A stretch of DNA of 64,000 bases from IMG/VR virus record IMGVR_UViG_3300023174_000039, positions 267,655-331,654 of that record, one strand, 5' to 3'. Below, piece by piece: positions 10,301-19,300 of the stretch (position 1 is the stretch's first letter; each line of letters starts with the position of its first letter). The position numbers and the translations under genes are program-made. Under the pieces are notes generated by a model. The model saw nothing but the letters and a program-made list of their open reading frames with translations. It ran no database searches and was not told where the DNA came from.

Positions 10301-13300
10301 AACCCCACTAAGTTCATTAGCAGGAACTAATTGCCAATCTTCTAAATTAAATGTTGCACTTGTTACTGATGTACCAGTAGGATTGGCAGCTCTCCAAACT
10401 TGATCATCGTATCTAACTAATGTACCGTTCTCGTAAGTGACATTGGCAGTCCATGTGAGTATGTTTGTATGGTACTGATACCGATCGTATTTGATAACAG
10501 TTTTAAAGCTACGAACAAGGTCGTTATTCATTAACGCATATGCTCGCGCTCCAGAGCCATTGCCACCACTGAATATCACATTGGGTGTCGCATAATATCC
10601 TGAACCTTCGTCAATGATTGCAACGTACAATACCGACGCTGTACCTGATGCATTAACTGGTCCCAAGAAAGCCTGTAGTGTAGCAGGCGTTGTTGCATCA
10701 CCATCAAGAGTTACTGTTGGCGGTTCTGTATAGCCGCTGCCGCCAGTGATCACTTTGATAAGTTGTAAATTCAACAAGTAATGATTGTACCACTGACTGT
10801 ACGGCCATGCTTGCCATACTAGACTTGATGGCGGAGTATCACTCAGTGTATTGTCTTGCTGGTGTGTGCTGTGCAAGTACGGCTCTTGATAACGTGGGTC
10901 AGTGGTGTCATCAATGTTTAAAATTGGACTTGTGTACTGGGGAACAACCAAACTGGTATTATAGTAAGCCGGTACATCAAAGTCAGTTACGTCACCGCCG
11001 TATTCGTCTTGACCGTTGTATCGCAAATTAAATTCACGAATTTGAACGTGATAGGGTTTGACTTCTTTGACGTAGTCAAGCACAAATTCTTGATTGTCAC
11101 GACGATAGTTCTGGAACGGTGCTAGGTTACGAATATTATGATCTACATCAATCAATGATGTTTTGACCAACCACTCAGGTGCTGAGAATTCACTCAACAC
11201 AAAGTTAAACATCAAAGTTAATGCTTTGTTGCGCTCAAGTGCAAGTTCGTCAATGAACAATTCTTCGTTGATTGCTTGTATAATCTTGCGAGTTTCAATC
11301 ACTGGCTCCTGGTCAAAGTATTGTGCGTCAAATACTTCAACGTCAAATCCAAAACGTCCCAGTGCATAGTTGTATATTTCTGCAGAGATTTCAATTGTTC
11401 CATCTTGTAACCCAACTCGTTCCCATCCAAGATCAGTTAACAAATAAATTTCAAACTTGCCTTGAGCATTGGCAGTGACCTTTACACTAGATCCAACAGG
11501 CACCGTGATTGTTGCCAGGGCACTGTAGTTAGGAACTTCAGCGATAACTTTGGTGCTTGAATTGTATCCTGGACGATACCAGTTGACATAACTCCAGTAT
11601 CTACGAGTATCATAATTTTGCACACGAGTCAACACAAGTTCTTTGGTACCAACCAAAGCGCCTTGTCCGTTTTGAACTGTGTAAATTGTCCACAAGCCGT
11701 TGTTTCGACTATCACTGTCAACTAGATACTTGTATCCAAATGGTACTAGACTGATATCTTGAAAACTAAGAATTTCTAAATTAGCAACTCTTAGATTCCA
11801 ATTGACAATTCCACCGGTAGTTGATGGCGGTTCAGGTTCTCTAGAGTTCAACAGCAAAAGGCTGCGATTTTCAACTATGGGATACAATGATAACACATTG
11901 TTTGTGCGCACAATGTAATTTTTCAGTGCGGCAAATCGGTCCACAAACATTGACTGTCGTGGACGGAACTGTACGCCGTATCGTTCTGCATCGTTTAGTG
12001 TGGGGTCAGGAACTAAATTACCAGCAGTATCAACACCGCAAAAGCTGTCTTGCAATTTGCGATACAAGTTGGTGCTTAAGAATGCGTCTGACTTTCCTTG
12101 TGCAATTAGTTCATATTCAACGTGAACATTGTTATCAGTGTATTCTCGATCAAATTCAACACTGATCACTGTGTCTTCTGCTTCAATGATCGTTGTGGCA
12201 TTGTAAATTGCAACAGTACTTGCATTAACCGGAGCAATATATGCTATTCCGCTGGCTTTGGGATTTTCAATATAATTGGCCACTGTTTGTGGTGCCAGAG
12301 TTTTACCTTGTTGTGTTGCAACAGTTGTGAGTCCCTTGACCCAGAAATAGTAATAGGTATTGAATGTACCATCAACACTTAATTTGGTACTCACAGTATA
12401 TGAATACACATTCAATGGTTTTCCTTCACCTGTGTATGTTGCAGGTGGTACACTAGATTGTATCCATTGATACATATCAACGGTACTTCCTGGAAATACT
12501 TGTCCCCAACGACGGCTTGCATACACAATGTCATCCTGGTTTGGATCAATAAATCTCACTGTGCTAACATCCCACCAGACTTGTCCCACATGATCAGCTA
12601 ACCAGGTGTTTCCTGAATTGTTAGTTGGGCCAACATTATAACCTGCGGGGTCAATTGCGCTGATGTAATTGATATTTTGTTTGGCAGCGCCAAGTATCTT
12701 ACCTTGCAATGGATCAAAGAAATCAAACTGCTGTGTTCTTGCACTGGTAAGTCGATCGTATGTAAACACCGAATTCAACAGTCGAATATCCACCACTGGT
12801 TGTTGTACTCGTATTGGAGTCCAAGCTGGCATGCGAGTTGCATTTTCGAACACAAATACACGACCATAGTTAGATCCTGAACTGTCAGCGGCAGTAGCAT
12901 CACTGCCCGACGCTCCAACCATTAACACACCGTCAACATAGCTTACAGATGCACCATATACATCATAAGGATAAACGTTGCTGTCAGTTATTTGTAAACC
13001 AAATGCAAATTTACCTGGGTTGGCTGCGGTTTCATCTGCGCTGGCCAAATAATCATATGTGTACACCGCACCACTTTGAACCACTTCTGAGAAGAAGATT
13101 GTGCTGTTTTCATCAAAGTCTGTGGTACCATCATCAAATATAGTGATCAAATACAATGTGCCACGAGGAGAGCCAACTACTAAGTTAGCAGCCGAGTCAT
13201 CAATGCTAATACTTGTGCCAAATCCAGCAAAGTCTACAGGATAAGGGCTATAGATACTTTGGGTGTATGTAAAAGTATTGAAACCAATTGTGGTAAATGC

Positions 13301-16300
13301 ACTACCAACTGATCCTGGAGCCACCTGAAGTTTGTTGCCCGGTGCAGCCGAGGCAGGATTTTTAACAGCAATAGTCAGGTATCCTTTAGATACACTGGCC
13401 ACAACGTTTGGTACAGTTTCTGTAATAGACTGTGCTAGACGTTGCAGGCTTGTTTGTTCAGCGGTGGGAAATAAAATTACAACGTCTTGATTGTTGACTC
13501 GTAGAGTATGTCCGGGTGTCAACACCGGATCCTGGTTTAAAGACACTGTGCTACCGTACACACGGCTTTGATTTACATTGCGTTGTACACTTCCAGACTT
13601 CCAGCCATCTGTGCTGTCTTGTGGAGCACCAACATACAAACTGCAACTGTACACACAGATGTCTACAGATTGTCCAAAGTTAGTGTATTCAGTCACAGTA
13701 TTTTTGGTAATCTTTTGCATCTGTGTGAACTGGTTGGTTTCAATCTCAATTACATCGCCAGTTTGTAGATCAGAGTTAATGGTGATATCATTGCCGCTGA
13801 CAGTGAAACTATTTGAAGCTCCAATGATACTGTTGTTTTGGTTTACCAAGAATACATTATTAACAATAACACTTACAGGTGCAGTAACAGTTCCTAGTAC
13901 TGTGAACATGGTTGAGCTTGGATCAGTTCCGTAATCAAACCGCTGAACGTTGCGATCAAACACATACACACTACCAGCATCAACCTTGCCACTGATGTCT
14001 TCGTCTTTACATCCAATAATGACTTGTCGGCCATCAACTGTGGTAGTGACACTATAGCCAAACTGTGCATCGGCTGCTAGTCCGGCAACAGTCAATGTGT
14101 TAACATATTCAAAATAACTCTGAGCTTGTACTGAAATTAAGGTACCTGCGGCAGGATTGTTAACAAATGTCATGTCCTGTGTGCTGGTATTAAATGTGTA
14201 ATCGATACCTGGACGTTGTAACACAGTATCAACATATACAGAGAATGAATAGATGTTATCAACTGTGAAGAAATATTCATTTAGAGAAAATGTTGATGTT
14301 AGTGTAACAGGAGTGTATGCAATATTAAATGTTTCAACTTTTCCACCTGCGCCCACAGATACCACTGTTAGCACTAAATTTGCTTGGCCGCCAAACTTGC
14401 TGGCTGCAAAAGTTATTGTATTTCCTACTGCATACCCAGTACCACCAGCAGTTACACCTACACCTCCTGAGATACTGCCTGGTTGTCCAACTTCATTACG
14501 AACTCGTCTGATAGTAAACTTAGCGCCTGTGCCTGAACCAGAAGTTGATGTTTGAGCAACGTTATAGTAATTGCCGCCATCAATAATTTTATTGTTATAA
14601 CGGTGAATGTCAACCAACACACCAACTGCTGGCGCTGTTGCAAATGTCACTGTGGCCAATCCTGAGTCAACTGTGTAGTCTGTACCAAGTAATTGTTGTG
14701 TTCCGTCGAGTGTTACCAACAGCTGAGTAGCAGTGTTAATTTGTATAGTTTGAGCTATGCTAAAAGATTTGGTGACTCCATCTCCTCTAGATTTAACAAA
14801 TTGATCTTGCCAGTCTACTCGACCGTATGCATATACTTTGTTGGCAGCAGGTGCTCCTATGTATACCCAGCGTTCATCAGTGCTGATTGCTACGCTGTGT
14901 CCAAATAATCCTGATTCAGTGTTGTTGGGTGATACCAACAACTGCCACGATACATAGGGAATTACACCCGGTTTGCCAAGATTTGGATCACGATAAATTA
15001 TCGCGGCGTATCCAACATCTGCTTGGCTGGCAGGACCAAGACTCTTGCTTGCACCAGCAACTGCCCATGTTTGGTTGCCAAATTCCACGGCATTTCCAAA
15101 TCCGCGAGCGCCGGTAGTGTCAAGAGTTAAAACAGCATCTCCGTTGGCCACTGGACTTACAGGTGCATACTGATCGCTGTAGTTTTTAACATAAACATAC
15201 ACAGCACCTTTTTCTGCACCAGTTGGGAATCCGTAGCGTGGGCTACCTACCAAAGCGGCAAATCTATTACGGGCCTGTGACACGCTCTGTCCATACTGCT
15301 CTGTGGCATCTAGTAATTTAGGTGACAACTCAATCACTGTTGAAAACTGATTTTCTTTTTGTAAAACTTCCCAATGCCCTGTTCCGTCATTGTCTACCCA
15401 TAACTTAGCACCTGTTTGAATATCATTTGCATAAGGTAGATTTATAATGTCACTGGCCTGTCTCACACGTTGAGTTTTTAATGTAAATCCAATACCAACG
15501 CCGTTGATAACTGTTTGGCCACCAGGGGTGAATGTATATGCAATAGTAACACGGTTAATACCTTGAACAGTTAGTACTTTGTATACACCATCAATTCTTG
15601 TGTCAAATTGTTTGATGATCAGTCGATCGCCAACTGACAAACCGTGTGGCTTGGTAAAGTTTACAATTGATGTTCCATCTAGGTTGTCACACACGTGGTC
15701 AATAAAACCTGGAATGTTGACGCAACGATAAATGTCCCAGTCGTAGTTGTTGACCTTGGCCACCCATACGGTGGCACCAACACTCACCAATCCTAAATTG
15801 GCAGCAATAGTAGATCTTGTTCCGAGATCAAAAGTAGCAATGTCAGCATCTTCAAGATTGACATATCCTGCATTTGGCAATGCAGTATCAGTTACTTGTG
15901 TGATTGTGGTAGGCAAAAAGTCTGGAGAAGTCAATTTATAACTTTGTCTCCAGACATTGTCTAATAAAATAGTCTGGTCTGCTTGACTTTGTTCTTGTGG
16001 TTGAATAACTTGTACTAAACTTGGATTTGCACTTAGCAATGCACGATTTAGTTTTAGTTCAACAAAACTGCGGTTAGCATTGGCTCCGTATACTGCACGT
16101 TGTACCGCCCAGTTTTCATAGATCTGATAGTCTGCAGATTCTTTACCAAGATTAGCATTGCTCAACAACTCTGCTGAAAGAATTGTGCCTTTGGTGCCCA
16201 AAAACTGTGAATAAACATTTACCTGGCTGACATCATCCAAATTCAGTGCTGCCATGTACTGGCGCGGACGGAATCCAATCAAGCCATAACTCAGCAAATC

Positions 16301-19300
16301 GTTGTCATTCTCAAGATTGGCACTGTTGATACTGTATGAATTTTGTAATTGGTTGGCCTTGTTTGAGATATTGGGCAATAATCCCAATGCAATCTGATTG
16401 TAATCGCTCTTGACCCACTTGTTGAAATCAAAGTCAGTACTGGGATCAACAATGACCTGCGCACTCCAATACTGGTCTTTGTACTTGACAATTTGTCCTT
16501 TGCTGTACTTCTTGAGACCAGACCATTCTTCAACATTGTCTTGGTTTAGAATGAAACCTTGTGCATCCACAGTGCCATTCCACTCAGTGGTTGTTACACC
16601 AACAAAATTCAATCGGCTTTGTCTAGCACCTGTAATTGGTTGATATATTAAATCTCCAAACACTGATTGATTGTTCAACACAATCATGTGTTCAAAATTT
16701 GTGAATCTTAAATCAGCAAAACTTAAACTTTGATCAGTCAATGGCTGTAATGTCAATGTGTTATCAAGACGAACAATATTGATATTACGAGCAGGCAGCT
16801 CACGTTTGTTTTGATCTAGTATGACATTCTCGCTGGTCTGTGTGACAATGCTGTCAACCACTGCGCCTGGTTTGGTAATTGTCAACGCACTGGCCAGTGG
16901 GTTGAGATTGATCAGGCAATTGTTTTCCCATCCTTGCTGACTCCAATACAAGAACTCAACAACCATCTGGTCCCAGTCTAACTGATAGCCGTTGACTCTG
17001 TCATCAAACGTGAGTCCTTGATCTGTTAGTAGTTTGCCATAGCTCAACAAGAAATCACAAACACTGGTTTGGTTAGTAAACACATACCCATAAGGAACTT
17101 GTGCCACTGTATTTGTATAAGTGGTAGGGACTCTCACAGTAACATCGCCAACTGTATATGGCTTTAATCTACCAGCTGACTGGCTTACTAAAATATTAAA
17201 GTACGGCTGAGTGGTTGAATATCCATATACAGCATAACCGCCTTCAACAATTTGTATCACAACTGAGCTATAAATTAGTCGATCAAATGGCTGATTTTTG
17301 TACAGCAACAAATCATAACTTTCGTCAGGAATCAACAATGTTGCATTCAAGCTGTTGGGGCTAGATTTTTCTGTGTATAATTTGATATACTGTTTGTCGG
17401 AATAACTAGCCAGTCTATAGCACAAGCGAACATCAATGCTGGCAAGATCTGCTTCAAGGGCAGAGGTGCTGTTTATACCAGTGATACGATTATAGTCCAC
17501 AATCCAGTTAATAAAACTAGCTTTGCTTGTGCCGTCACCGTACACTTGTATGCCATTGGCATCAAGTCGATACCGGTCATTGTAAAGAAATTGATCAAAC
17601 TCTGCCTGATAACGATATAAATCTCTATCAGCGTACAGTGCGTAAAACTTAGCTGGAATTGTCAATGCATACAATCTCATGACAGCAAATGGATAAGCAC
17701 TAGAGTTCCGCCATGATGATTCAACAGGACTACCGTCGCCGGCACTCCAACTCTTTTGAAATGTTGTTTCGTTGTAGTTGCCAACTACACATTCAAACGG
17801 GCTTACTAAATTGCCTTCAGTATCAACTGGTATCACTTGAGTGAGTCCTGGACGCACATAGGCTGGTAGTACATATGTTCCTGCTGGATCTGCTACAATA
17901 CCTGCTTCTAAATCATCCCATAGCACCATGTTTTCAGATGTGTAAGGTCCTACACCATATACAGTTTCCCACCAGGTTGGTTTGATACTGAATCCCAGCA
18001 TCTCCCAAGGAGTTTTGGCAGGATCTTGTGTGTCATAAAAGTATCTATAGATGCCACGCCAGGAGCCAATTAAGTTTTGACCAGTAGATAGTTTGTTTTG
18101 TGATCCACTATAGTTCCAGGAGAATTCGTTGTTTACAATATAATTTTGTGTGTTGTAATCAAGTTTGTTCCAGCCCACATAACTTAAAAAATCAACATTC
18201 AATATGGAATTAATTTCTTGTGATGAGTAACCGGTGTTGCGGAATTGTCCAGGAATAACATCACTGGCATTGATAGGCACTGGGTTGCCATCAAGTTTCA
18301 AGTTGTTGTAGATTCGAGTTTCAAACTCAAGTAACACTTGGTCTCGTACGTCACCAAATACTGGGGTTTGACTACCATCATGCCCAATGATAACTTCGCT
18401 GGAGCCGGATGTGGTGTCAATTGCAGTTATTACTGGACGGAATGTTGGGTACAGACCCATCTTGGTAGGAGTGTTTGGAACAAAACTTCCGTAAGTCGCT
18501 GAGTATTCTTGAACAGAGATAACATCGCCAATGGCCAATGGCACAAGTACTGTAATGCGTGGGCCATCTGTAGCAACAGTATAATCAATGCCACGAGTTA
18601 GTAATGCTTTGTTTTTGTAAACTAACAGTCCCAGATAGTTAGATGATGTATAATTGTAAACTTGTACTGTATCAAATACATTGGTTGTGATCAAACTTAC
18701 TGTGTAATTGTTTTCAATGTACACTGACCCTGATGGCAACATGTCTGACCAATAGAACGGATTAGATTCTAATCGTCCCAGAGTAATGTTGGCCATGGCC
18801 TCTACCAATATCTCTGCAGGAGTTTCTGTGTACAAAGTTAAATTGGTAACTTCGTTCATCAATAAGTCTTTGAACTTTTGGTATTCTCGCGAATTGTACT
18901 GCAAGGCAGCAAAAATATTATATTCTTTACTACGATTAAAATATCCAGCCAGTGTCAACGGACTACTTTGTTGTAGGATAATCAATCCATAAGGGCCAAT
19001 GTTTCCAAGGTCTCGAGTGTTGTTGGCACCATTGATTTTACCAGACAGTGTAATTAAGTTTTCACATATGGATTCGTAATGCGTACGAATGGTACCCAAA
19101 GTGAATACATCGCTGTTGCCATTGAGCGGGTTGTTCTCCAAATTGATAGGCACTTGATAAAATGCCACTTGACTTGTTTGGTCGCTTAACACCAATACTT
19201 CCACAATATCGCCAATGGCATAGGTATTATCCAACGTGATAGTAGATGAGTTAGACGTGGTTTCTAAAGTGTATGTTCCTGGATCTTTAAATTTACTACC